DNA of 64,000 bases from the human T2T-CHM13v2.0 reference genome, Homo sapiens. The first letter of the stretch is position 1. The number at the start of each line of letters is the position of its first letter. The notes below the pieces were generated by a model. That model did not search any database and was not told where the DNA came from. It was given only the letters and a program-made list of their open reading frames with translations. Where the stretch lies: NCBI RefSeq assembly GCF_009914755.1, contig NC_060927.1; one strand, given 5' to 3'. Of the stretch, positions 13,331-25,060 are shown in pieces. The position numbers were made by a program, and so were the translations under genes.

Positions 13331-13649
13331 CTTAAAGTCAGGGAAAAAAAATCAGAAGTGTGATCAAAGCTTATGTTTTGTCACATTTAAAAGATGCTAC
13401 GAATCAGTTTAACATGCCAGTGCCCTTTATTTGATAAAGTACCATGTGTGAGATCCCACTTTGCCACGCCAAAGTCAATGACTCTGATGTTTTCCGTGCC
13501 GCTGAGTCACACGGTAGGCTACCTCTGGGTTTTCGATGAACTGAACTGTTATTTCAGAGGGAGGGAGGCGAAAAGGATTCATTATTCAATGCGTTTCAAA
13601 CCGGAGTCCAGGGGGGCGGGGGGGGGCGGGCCTGCGTTTAAAAAATAAC

Positions 13650-13845
13650 GCGTAATGGAGTTAAGATGCAGATTCTGGAGCCAGACTGTCTGAGTTCAAA
13701 GGCTCCTAATAGCTGGGCTCCTTAACCTCTCTGTGCCTCACTTCCTCGTCCGGAAATTGAAGCTAATAAGAGCACTGACTTCCCTGGGCGGCGGTTGAAG
13801 GCTACCTGTGTGGATCTGGGCACAGCGAAGAGCGGAGCCTTAACA
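13650..13845 (+). mobile_element. MIR inside the CpG island
   Basis: gttaagatgcagattctggagccagactgtctgagttcaaa...cttaacctctctgtgcctcacttcctcgtccggaaattgaagctaataa. Confidence 0.75.
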
Positions 13846-14120
13846 GGGTGAGCACGCCGGTTGCGCGCTCTCCAGAGCAGCCCAGCATCTCCCGCCAGCC
13901 TCGCTGCCCGCTCCGCCCCGGCGCAGGGGCCCCAAGCCCACAGGCAACGCCAGCGCGCTCCCAACCGCTGGAGACAGAAACAATGTGCGCGCGCACACGG
14001 CCCACGTGCACGCGCGCACGCCCACGCGGCATACAGGCGCGCACGTGCACACGCGCGCCTGCACAGCTCTGCGGCTCTGCTCCGGCCCCACAGGCCCATC
14101 TTAAAGTGTTTCGTGCTCTA

Positions 14121-14129
14121 ACTTACCAA
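14121..14129 (-). other. candidate 5' splice donor (minus strand TTG|GTAAGT)
   Basis: Plus-strand acttaccaa is the reverse complement of a consensus intronic GTAAGT donor, inside the CpG island. Confidence 0.4.
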
Positions 14130-14903
14130 ACACGTGGCAGCCGGCAGAACGAAAAGGAAAATAAATGAACTGCGACGAAATAAAGCAGGCCTTTCCGCAG
14201 TCGGCCACGTCCAACAGCCACTTGGTTCCTAGCGCTTTCTCGTTACCCGGCTTGGGCAAAGCCAGGGAAGAAGGGGATAGGACATAGGGATGGGTTAACA
14301 AAGCGGGAGCAACAGACCAAAGTAACCTCCTTGTATTGCCCCCCACCCCTCATCCCCTGGGGACACCGGCCTGGCTCCCGTGGGACCAGCATCGCCATCC
14401 CTGTCCCCTGTACGAGACTCTCCGCTGGGCCGAGGGCCGGGCTTGTGTTTGGGAAGGTGGGTGCCAGGGCCCGTGCTCAGCGACCTTCCAGAGCAACTGC
14501 ATCAAATGATGCTGGCTTTCTTCCCAGCCAGTCCCCAGCCACACCCATAGGGGACAGCAGTGGCAGCCCGGGACTCTATTTCCTGCCTACCCCTGGACAG
14601 GAAAGCCACCCGCAGGCGCCTTCACCTTGGTCCACGTCTCACTCGGATGATTCAACAAGGCTCTTTGGGAAAAAAAATTGAATTCGCCATTGAGAACACA
14701 CATAAGAAACCAATAATCATTTTTGGTTTTTATGATGGAAACAGGCACAAAAATCACAATTTTATATAGGTTCAAGACTGCTTCCTCTCAGCAGCCCAGA
14801 GCTCTTTAAAGTAAAAATAAAAATAATCTTTCAGGTTTTTTTCTTGTGTATCTTATGGAATGTATATTAAAGTCCTGAATGCTAAAACTCCATTGAAATT
14901 TTA

Positions 14904-14975
14904 TTTGGTTGGTGCAAAAGTAATTGCAGTTTTTGCCTTTTTTTAAAAAATTAAATTACTTCTGCACCAACCTAA
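14904..14975. mobile_element. MADE1 mariner-derived MITE
   Basis: tttggttggtgcaaaagtaattgcagtttttgcc...aattacttctgcaccaacctaa: MADE1 terminal inverted repeats, about 72 bp, preceded by TA. Confidence 0.9.
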
Positions 14976-15644
14976 GTAGTCTTCATTATCAAGTGAATTT
15001 CACCAACTGAACAGACTTTGAAAGAAATAGACACAAAAGGAAAAATCAGCAAACACGAATATTAAAAGTCTACTATTTAGTAGCTACTGATCCTGTTTGA
15101 AATCAATTCCTCTCTTTTTCTTCATACTGTCTCCTGGCCTCCCATATACTAGAGTTTTATAGACAACGTGGTCGCCCTCTGGAGCTGATTTGACCCCACT
15201 CCTCTTTTGGCAAAATTTTTATTTGCATTTCCCTTGTGCTCCCAACAGGTCTGTATATTAACAACATGCCTCGTTTTTGGCACAACAGCCTCATTAATTA
15301 TGTCAGCAAAGAGCTGGCACTAGGGCTCCTCAGTGCCTGGTAATTCCCATTTCCTCACTGCTGGCTTTGCTGCCTCTGAACCACCAACCATCAGCAGCCC
15401 TCATTTTCCCTCTGCCTTCCCAGCCCCCTTCCTCACCTCCATTCTCCACGCCCCTCTTCCTTGCCCACTTCCCAATACTGCAAAGAACAGAACATGAGGT
15501 CCCAGAAGAATGACCCAGCAGAACTCTACTGGTTTTATTAATATGATTATTACTTGGCCTGAAAGTGGTAGATTTCCTGGATCCATATCCCAAGTCCTTC
15601 TGGCCCTCTTTGATAAGCTTTTAATGTTGATGATGATAACAATG

Positions 15645-15850
15645 GTTATCATTTATTGAGTCTTTACTATGCACCAGCCCCTGTGCTTAAAAAAAAAGAT
15701 TACCTCCTGTAATCCCTAAAACAGCTCTAGAGACAGCTAGCATCATTAATACCATTTGACAGATTAGAAAACTGAGGCTCAGAGACTTAAGGTCACAGGA
15801 CCAGAACTGGAAGGGCTAAGGTTGGACTTAAATGTGTCTACTGTCACCAC
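15645..15850 (-). mobile_element. MIR
   Basis: atttattgagtctttactatgcaccag...cagattagaaaactgaggctcagaga. Confidence 0.8.
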
Positions 15851-17111
15851 TGCACGTCAGGACATTAGGTGGTCTCTTCTCTCACAACATGAAGCAATGC
15901 TAGCAAAAAGTGGCTAGGCGCTCAAGAGGTGTGAAACTTGGAAGTTACTCTAAAATGTTAAATGGCAGATAGTGCAGTGGCCTTACAAAATATCAGAAAA
16001 GCCATCTTTAAGAGTGTCAGTTTGTCAAAACAAATTATTGTCAAAACAAGCACAACAAGGAAAAACTGATTATGTTTTGTTTTGCTTTGTTTTCAGTTTC
16101 TCAAGCTTGCAGTAAAATGCTGAGATTCTGGCCAGTAATTTCCCCTTCAGACCTAACCTGCCTTGCCCAATGACTAGGTAAGTAGGACACAAGCAGTTGT
16201 ATTCTCATATATTACACCTAATTTTACACCATTGGCCAGACTACCACTTTCCCTTCCCAACTGCATTTGGTATCTGGGTGGACATCCCAGGGAAAGACTT
16301 TTAAAGAACTCAAGGCTCACCTCCCACCCCCGAAGACCTGCAGTGGCTGCCATATGGAAACAACTCCGTGGTCATTAGGAGTCCCTTGACTAATATGAGT
16401 TCTCAGCCATTTTTCAAAACATTTTAAAGTGTTGATTTTATACCAGGCACTAGACCCAGGCACTGTGGATAAATAAGTGTGGTCTGTATTCTAATTTCAC
16501 TTAAAAATTAATGTTTTAAAATACATTTGAACAGCTGACTCATGGGACAGAGAGAAACCAGGGATGCAGGACAATTCATATCACGTTTAAGAAAGCTAAT
16601 AGCAGAAAGGATCCAAATGCATTCTGAAAAAAGAAGAGACATTAAGGACCGGATTTTTTCATTGTTTACCAAAAATGAAGAGATCTTCTCAGGAATGCAT
16701 AGGACAGGTTTCTTGTCCATGCCACAGGGCAAGGCAAATGGTTTATCATAGCAGCTAAATTACATTATTTTCAAAAGTTACCAAAAGAGTACATGCTTGA
16801 TATGAAAAATTCAAGCCCTATAGAAACATTAAAAGGTAGTAGCCCTTTTACAGTATTAAAAGCAATAGCCCTTTCACAGTCTCCCCGGCTACAATTTCAT
16901 TCTAGGGATAACTACTGTGAACAGTTTAGTGTTGAATCAAAGGAGTCTAGGCTTCTTTCCTGAATACGACAGAAAAAAAATATCCTAAGGAACATGACCC
17001 AGAGGAAAACTGAGTTCACAGAACTTATGGAGTCTCAGCTACTGGGTTTCAAGATCCTTACTAGTGGGGTAGCTTATTCATGCCTGATCCTTGACTTCTG
17101 TTATCTGCATC

Positions 17112-17145
<34 letters not shown>

Positions 17146-17859
17146 CCTAAGATGGATAACATTTGCATGTGATTATCCAGGACTCAATGACAGTCAACAG
17201 GCAAACTACCATTCCATCCTCTGGGTAAGGCATTCCAGGTTCTGGTTAGAGGCCAAATGTGCTCATCTGGCTGCTGCCACAGTCAAGCCTTAGCCAACGT
17301 TATTGTCTTTATGTTAAATTAACTCATCACATTAGTGATGTACAGAATCTTGGGTAATGGAACAGGTACAATTTAAGGCAAGAGGAAGAAAGTCAGGCTG
17401 ATGAATCAATATCTTGGGTGAGGCACTGGAATAGGGGCTTTGGGAAGCTGGGGCTCTGGGCAGCTGACGTTCTGGAGAGGGTCTAAAAAGGAAAAAATGG
17501 GAACATGGCTCAAGAGATGGGCTAGGTTTAGACCATAACTTCACTCACTTTTCACTTTTCCTTGGAGCACATCAGTATAATATGAAGTTAGATTTGGGTT
17601 AGTTTCCATCAGTTTACATCAGCACAGATTTAACAAAGGACTCCACACATTCTGCCCCAGAAAGTTGACCTTGAAGGCTAGAGGGAGGAGGAATAGCCAC
17701 AGCTGCCACCAGGCTTCCTGATAGCCATTCTGCCGTGCATGGTCCATCATAGAAGGAGACTACATGCCCCAGCCTCCCTTGTTCAGTGTGGCCACCTAAC
17801 CCTATTCTGCTGCAAGGTAATTCGTGCAAGGGGTGTGTGCAGTGTCCCTGGAGTGTCCT

Positions 17860-18520
17860 TTATTTTAGGCTGGCTTCCCCAGAAAGAGATACTAACACAA
17901 AAACTTGAGTACAAGTTGTTTGTCTGGGAGGTGATTCCAGGAAGTATTAGTAGGAGAGTGGGGGAAATGTGTTAGTGTGAGTCTTCTGAGAAGTAGTTGC
18001 CAAGGTGGGATTACACATGAAAGGATTTTATTAGGGTAACTATCAACGTGAGGGAGAATGGGGAGGGAGCCACATGAGGCTCAGAGATCTCTCATACCTC
18101 CAGCCAAGTCTGACCCTGAGTGAAAGAGGTGGGGAAAGAATGTCTTAGACTGCCAGGCTGTCTATGGAAGGGTCAGCGAAGCCATCATGGAACCCTGGAG
18201 CCAAAGCCAGTGTTAGAGGAGCCCCACATCTCCTAGAACAACCTGCATTCGAGTGTCCCTGCTGTGCTCAGTCACTGACAGGGAGCAGCCCTTGGGAAGC
18301 ATGTCCTTCGGCTTCCTAGTGCAGCAATTGCCAGGCCCTTGGTTACCAATACTCCCTCTAATTGGAGGCAGGACTGCTAGGCACATTCTCATGGGCACTA
18401 TAGGAAATGAGGTAGGAGAGGGAAGCAGGCATCAGAGTGCACTGGTGAGCAGGTGACCACTGCGGGCAGCCGAGGTGCAGTCCTGGTTACCTCTAGGAGA
18501 CTAGCATCTTCCCCACTTGA
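17860..18520 (-). mobile_element. ERVL-type LTR fragments (LTR16/LTR40/LTR67-like), probably nested
   Basis: ggctggcttccccagaaagagatac...gggaggtgattccaggaag followed by a second LTR16-like antisense segment. Confidence 0.5.
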
Positions 18521-18603
18521 AGGGCACAGAAGGTGAGAAATAAACTCCCAATCTCTGGAAACCACTGATTTGTTGGCCTTCCCTATTGCCGCTACAGTCT
18601 TAA

Positions 18604-18959
<356 letters not shown>

Positions 18960-19540
18960 TAGAGATACCTTTTAAACTTCATTTTGGTAAGGCATTTCCA
19001 CTTGCTCTTCCCAGGAACCTTTTTGCCAAAGCTGCTAACAAACTGAATGTATAACTGATCTAAATTATGTTTCTCCACACTCCTCTCCCACCTCCTGCTT
19101 CCCTACCTGCTACAGAATCAGAAATGTGTGTTAGCCCCCAAAGTGAGGAACACAGAGCAAGGGATTCTGTGTAAAACCATGCAGAAGAATCCATCCCCTC
19201 TCCTCTCCCCCTTCCCATAAGGACATACCACCAAGTCTCTGATTATAACCATTTCTCTTCTTTACAACTCTATATAAAAACTTATGCCCCTCCCCTCAAA
19301 AAAAAAAAAAAAGGACTAGATGGAAATACACCAAAGCAATACCTGGCTTTAATAAGGTGGTTGAATTACAAATATTTTCCTTTTATTTCTTTTAATGATT
19401 TTCCATAATGAAATGTGATTTTTACCTTTTAAAATTAAATGTTTACATTAAACTATTTTTTTCTACTTTATGCTTAAAATTTTTCATAATAAAAATTATG
19501 TTTTAAAATTTCAGAGCAATTTTACCTCTTATCCTTCTGT

Positions 19541-19598
19541 ATTATTTCAGCTCAGACTGCTTTAACGAAGTGCCGTAGATCAGACAGCTTTTAAACCA
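19541..19598 (-). mobile_element. displaced 3' end of the MLT1A LTR at 20174-20480
   Basis: Reverse complement tggtttaaaagc...gttaaagcagtctgagctgaaataat matches the MLT1A 3' terminus missing from the plus-strand copy. Confidence 0.7.
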
Positions 19599-19637
19599 CA
19601 GAAATTCCTTTCTTTTTTTTTTTTTTTTTTTTTTGAG
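19599..19637 (-). mobile_element. displaced Alu 3' tail and TSD
   Basis: Reverse complement reads ctc-poly(A)-gaaaggaatttctg; agaaaggaatttctg matches agaaatacatttctg (20466-20480) at 12/15. Confidence 0.75.
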
Positions 19638-20057
19638 GTCATTTCTCTGCCAAGTAAAGTCCAGACTAGGTATTCCTACTGGGTGGGCAGCTTCCCTCCA
19701 CATGGTGACTGGGGATCCATGCTCCTGCTCCTTCCATCTTGAACTCTGAAAGTGGCACAAACACTTCCACTCATATTCTGTTGGCTGTAGTTGTCACATG
19801 GACATGGAGAACTGCAAGGGAACCTGGGGGAATGTGGTCCTGTGGTATTCCCAGGGAAAAGAGGATAGTTTTGATGACCAGCTAGTTAGTTTCTGCTACA
19901 GAAAGTGACATAATTAGAAGAATGTAAACTCAGACCAGATTTCATTTGCCAGCATACCCTTAGGAGAGACCCTTCCATCATCACCCCTTAGATTCAATGA
20001 ACTGCTCAGCCAGGGAAAAACAAGGTTTGCCATCTGCCCCAAGATCACAAGTGAACT
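19636..20057 (+). repeat. left arm of 422-bp inverted repeat
   Basis: Reverse complement of 20745-21166; only mismatches seen are 19808/20994 and 20015/20787. Confidence 0.98.
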
Positions 20058-20173
20058 AACAATCACCAAGGATTTAGAGAAGATGATATGTTTGTGTTCT
20101 GGCATCAGGAAGAATGAGGGGGTGAAGGGAAGGCCAGAGAGCAGAGGATATTAAGGTAGCAAAGGTGGGAAGG

Positions 20174-20480
20174 TGTTATAGACTGAATGTTTGTGCCTTC
20201 CTTAAATTCATGTGTTGAAATCCTAACACCCAACATGATGGTATTAGGAGGTAGGGCCTTTGTTATGTGATTAGGTCTTGAGGATGAGGCCTTCATAAAT
20301 GAGATTAGTGCCCTTATAAAAGAAACTTCAGAGAACTCCCTCACCCCTGTTGCCATATGAGGCTACAGCTAGAAGATGGCCACCTGGGGACCAGGAAGCA
20401 GGCCCTCACCGGACACCAAGTCTGCTGGCACCTTGATCTTGGACTTCCCAGCTTCCAGAGCTGTGAGAAATACATTTCTG
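20174..20480 (+). mobile_element. MLT1A0-like LTR (3' end displaced)
   Basis: tgttatagactgaatgtttgtgcc...gattagtgcccttataaaaga...ccagagctgtgagaaatacatttctg, then interrupted by Alu. Confidence 0.88.
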
Positions 20481-20746
20481 GGCTGGGCGCAGTGGCTCAC
20501 GCCTGTAATCCCAGCACTTTGGGAGGCCAAGGCGGGTGGATCACCAGGTCAGGAGATTGAGACCATCCTGGCTATATAGTGAAACCCTGTCTCTACTAAA
20601 AACACAAAAAATTAGCCAAGCGTCATGGTGGGTGCCTGTAATCCCAGCTACTCAGGAGGCTGACGCAGGAGAATGGCATGAACCTGGGAGGCAGAGCTTG
20701 CAGCGAGCCAAGATTGTGCCACTGCACTCCAGCCTGGGCAACAGAG
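20481..20746 (+). mobile_element. AluY/Sc-like body lacking its tail
   Basis: Full 5' end; gagaccatcctggcta, gagaatggcatgaacc, gagcttgcag; stops abruptly at gggcaacagag. Confidence 0.95.
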
Positions 20747-21166
20747 TTCACTTGTGATCTTGGGGCAGATGGCAAACCTTGTTTTTTCCTGGCTGAGCAG
20801 TTCATTGAATCTAAGGGGTGATGATGGAAGGGTCTCTCCTAAGGGTATGCTGGCAAATGAAATCTGGTCTGAGTTTACATTCTTCTAATTATGTCACTTT
20901 CTGTAGCAGAAACTAACTAGCTGGTCATCAAAACTATCCTCTTTTCCCTGGGAATACCACAGGACCACATTCCCCCAGGTTCCCTTGCAGTTCACCATGT
21001 CCATGTGACAACTACAGCCAACAGAATATGAGTGGAAGTGTTTGTGCCACTTTCAGAGTTCAAGATGGAAGGAGCAGGAGCATGGATCCCCAGTCACCAT
21101 GTGGAGGGAAGCTGCCCACCCAGTAGGAATACCTAGTCTGGACTTTACTTGGCAGAGAAATGACCT
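20745..21166 (-). repeat. right arm of 422-bp inverted repeat
   Basis: Reverse complement of 19636-20057. Confidence 0.98.
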
Positions 21167-21240
21167 TCAATTGTATTGAGCCACAAAAATGCTGGGGCTT
21201 GTTTGTTACAGCAGTGAGCCTACACTAACCAATAATACAC
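20901..21240 (+). mobile_element. MLT1(I/J)-like LTR; partial inverted copy lies in the left arm
   Basis: tgtagcagaaac...cacattcccccaggttcccttgcag...ggggcttgtttgttacagcag; 3' end present only on this side. Confidence 0.65.
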
Positions 21241-21624
21241 TGTTAATCTTTCATGTCTGCTAGACGTGCTTAGTAATGGTGCTCTGAATTCATGTAATTA
21301 GAAGTAAATTTGACTGCAGAGATCAAGGAAGCTCCCCTTTTTGGAGGACTTGCAACCTGAGCAATTTTGTAATCATACTACAATAGGGAGGTATTGCCCT
21401 TGATGTTTCCCATGAAATCTCATAGGATTTTCCAGATAACTGTATCTTTCCTCAATGGAAGCAGTTTTAGACAGGGAGCCTAGATTCTCTGCCCCTAATT
21501 ATCAGCAGAATGATGCATGAATCACCCAACCCCTATAAGCCTCAGAAATTATACAATCATTTTAGAGATGGACAATACCAACGGTTGTAACAACTAACTG
21601 TGGCTGAGTTACAGGTAGGGTTAA

Positions 21625-21835
21625 TCCATTAATAGACTAACTCATTTAATCTGCACAGGCACCAGTGATGTGGGTGATATTATCATTATTTTGAAAATAA
21701 GAGAAACTGAGGCACAGAGAGATTAAAACACTGCCCAAGGCCACAGCTAGTAAATATCATAATGAAATGTAATGGGCAATGTAACTCTAGGGTCAGAAAG
21801 TAAATTCTCTGGATTCTAAAATGCTGAGATTTGCA
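21625..21835 (-). mobile_element. MIR
   Basis: aactcatttaatctgcac...gagaaactgaggcacagagagattaaaacactgcccaaggccacagctagtaaat. Confidence 0.85.
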
Positions 21836-22509
21836 CCAGGATGATTTTTTTCTGTGATCGTGATGTGCTTGGTGCTGGTTTTGTGATATATCTGAACTTG
21901 GCCATTTTCTCATGCCATCACTGTGTTCCCATCCTGCTCTTGACATCCAGCCTTCTCCCATTGATGGCTCTTGCTCTGGAAATATACAGCCTTGCAAGGG
22001 AAAAGATGATCTCCCTCTTCCTTGATCTACTTAATCTGATTAGACACAAATTGTAATATGCCTTGATTCAGAGAACTTCCTTTTGCCAAATGAAGTCCCC
22101 TGAGATCTCTCACACACAAAACTTGATTTATGAACAGAAGACTCTTTCAGTCCTCTGTGATTTTCTTTATTGAAACCATGCAATGCCAACTCTCAAGCAA
22201 AAAACAGCCAGTGGTGAAATCTTGGTTTCCTATGAATTCAGGGAATTCAGAGAACATCAAAGGTCATATGTTTCAAATACAGAGTAAATCACTTTGACTT
22301 TACTCACCGGAATAACAATTAGAAAATGACAACCGGATGAGCCCTGGGCTTTAATAGGACACCTGGCTTAGAATTGAAATACTAATCAAATTATTTGTTA
22401 TGACTATTTTCAGTAATTTAGCATTTCACTTATAAAATGTCTCATCCACTCTGAATTTCTCCAATTGTAGTACATGGTGCATCATCCTGGACCATGATGA
22501 GGATAAAAA

Positions 22510-23150
22510 TATCTACCACTTATTAAGCACTCACTATGTTCCCAACACTGTGCCAAACAAAGAAACTCTAATTACCTTTTCATCCCCATTCTGTAGATAA
22601 GGAAACTGATGTTTAGAGAGGTTAAGTTACCTATCCAAGGTGTGGTAGGCAAAATAATGGCTCCCCAAAATTGTCCATGTCCTAATCCCCAGAACCTGTG
22701 AATGTTACCCTGCAAAGCAAAAGGGGCATGGCAAATGTGATTAAGTTAAGAATCTTGAGATGGGAAGATTATCTGGATTATCTAGTAGAACCAATGTCAT
22801 CACAAGGGTCTTTTTAAGAGAAGGAAGAAGGCAGGAGAGGCCTAGAAGATGTGACAATGGTCAGAATGATACAGTGCCACAAGTCAGGGAATACGGGCAG
22901 CTTTTCTGAAACTGGAAAAGGAAAGGAAATGGATTCTACCCTAGAGCCTCCAGAAGGAACACAGCCCTGTCAAACTACTTTAGATTATGACTTCTGAAAC
23001 TGTAAGATGTTAAATTTGTGTTTTTAAGGCTATGAAATTTGTCATAATTTGTTACAGAAGCCATAGGAAACTGCTCCAAAAGGTCCCATGGATGTTGAGT
23101 GGTAAAGGCAGGATGTCAACTCTGCTCCCTGTAATGCAAATACCATACTC
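22510..23150 (-). mobile_element. MIR interrupted by MLT1D
   Basis: cccattctgtagataaggaaactgatgtttagagaggttaagttacctatccaagg resumes after the LTR. Confidence 0.7.
22641..23078 (+). mobile_element. MLT1D-like MaLR solo LTR
   Basis: tgtggtaggcaaaataatggctcccc...gtgattaagttaagaatcttgagatggg...ccctagagcctccagaaggaacacagccctg. Confidence 0.88.
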
Positions 23151-23319
23151 TTTATTTCTAGATTAAATAGCCTTGGAGTTTAAATATTTGACTTAAAAAC
23201 TATGATTTATATATCATAGCAAACATATTATGAAGCAAAATATAAAACCTGAAATATGTTAAAAAGATATGAGATGTCAAAAAAATGAGATGTCAAAAAA
23301 AAAAACAAAAAACAAAGGG

Positions 23320-24460
23320 ATGGAATAGAGGGCAGAGAACCAGGCTCTTCTCTACATGGTAAATTGGTATAATGATGAGGTATAATGATGAAGGTGGTAC
23401 CACCAAAGCCATGGGGAAAGGATGGATTGCTTAGTTGATGGTGGTGGGAAATTGGATCACTATGTGTAAGAAAGTAAAACTGGAGCCCTGCCTTACACCC
23501 TCTGCAGGGAAACTCAGGGTTGATTAAAGTCCTAATTGTGAAAGGGAATACAATAGAAGAAAATATATGAGAATATCTTTGCAACCAGGAGATGGGCAGA
23601 AAAAGATAAAATCAAAAAGTTTAGTGGATTCAACTACATTATAAGTGAAAGGTTTTCCGTTCAATAGGCAGACATGATAAACAGGTGTCAGCCTGGGGAA
23701 AAATAGTTGGAATTATTTAAAAAGATAAGCCATTTTTATACTTTACAAAGAACTCTTGCAAATTAACAAGAAAAAGACAGAAATCCCAAATAGAAACTAG
23801 GCAAAAGGTATGTATAGTCAATTCACAAATGAGATTCTCAAACTCACTAATAACCAGATAAATACAATAAAAACAATGGACATAACATAGCTCACCCATA
23901 AGAAGAGAGGAAAAATCAAAAGATAATGAGTAATAAGGGTTGATAAGGTTGTGGGGAGATAGGTTTGCACACTACTGGTGAGAGGGGAATCTGGGACAGT
24001 CATTCAGGAAACCTATCTGGTATGTGCCCTGGGACCAATGACCCCCACCTCCTGGATAAACATCCTAAAGACCTGCTCACTCAGGTCTGTAAGGGGCATG
24101 TATAAAGGTGTTCACCTGTGTGTCATTTGGGTGGTAGAGCATTAGAGGCTGTCCAGGGGCCCATCCCTGGGGCAGTGAATCAGTGTGGATGGACCCACAA
24201 CATGCTCTGCAGCAGTCAGCGCTACACTGGGGGCACAGTGATGTGGATACATCTTAAACAGGATGTTGAGTGAAAAAAGAAAGAAACTGAGCAAGGTCCC
24301 TTACCCAATGCCATATGCACAAGTTAAAACACAAAATGGCACTACATAGTCCACAAGGAAACATACATTTAAGGATTTTTATTGGACCCATTGCAGTGGG
24401 TGTCTGTGGGAAAGGAATAAAAGGGATCAGGAATAAAAAGGAAAATAAATAAAGTGAACC
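23320..24460 (+). mobile_element. old L1M (L1ME/MC) ORF2-3' fragment
   Basis: Decayed ORF2 C-terminal motifs (acaaagaactcttgcaaattaacaagaaaaagac; aagggttgataaggttgtggggag). Confidence 0.65.
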
Positions 24461-25060
24461 AGAGTGATGACTCCTACAGAGCAATAATGCTAATATGATA
24501 CATAACCTAAGCTCCTTCTGTGCCTGAAATAATCGTTTAAAAAAGGGAGGACCCGTTTTTGCAAGAAGCCACACCAAACTACAGGAGCAGGTTCCTAAGG
24601 GTAGCTACTTTTCATTGTCGTGTTGGGTAGAAAATATGAAATGTGAATGTCATTTGATTCTCTAAAACACTTTGAGAGTCAGGAAGAATAAAACAGGGTG
24701 ACTTGTGCCTGGAAAAGACCTCTTAAAGTAAATCCGCTTAAAATGAGGACCAAAATGTCATTTCAAGTAGTAAAAAAAAAAAAAAAAAAAAAAAGAATGG
24801 AGTATTCTTAAACTTGAAAAGTGAAACTAAAAACAAGATAGGTTTTATCTCATATTTTACAAAATTTAATTTTCAGTGTAGCTCTGGTCTGCTGTATTTC
24901 TAGTGCTCAGAGCCAAAAATTGTGCAATAAATATTTGTTAAGTGAATGAATGAACAATGATGGCCAGTTCTTAGAACCAAGAATGAATCAAGGGTTACTT
25001 TTGTCCCCATAACTTCCTATCCCATTTTTTTCAACTTTTAACTGGTTTAACTCCAGTTAA

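Larger units (their letters stand above)
13480..14650. promoter_or_regulatory. CpG island / candidate promoter
   Basis: Sharp local rise in CpG and GC; GC boxes 13611-13630; CACGTG at 14003, 14042, 14131; GCGCGCGC runs; AP-1 TGAGTCA at 13503. Confidence 0.8.

Noticed and set aside
13722-14681. Several overlapping 80-125 aa ORFs in the CpG island
   Set aside because: Low-complexity Arg/Ala/Cys/Pro translations on both strands are expected from GC-rich, stop-poor DNA; no recognisable domain.
19636-21166. Inverted repeat as terminal inverted repeats of a DNA transposon
   Set aside because: No TSD and no transposase; the arms contain host and MLT1 sequence, and the junctions cut through a pre-existing Alu.
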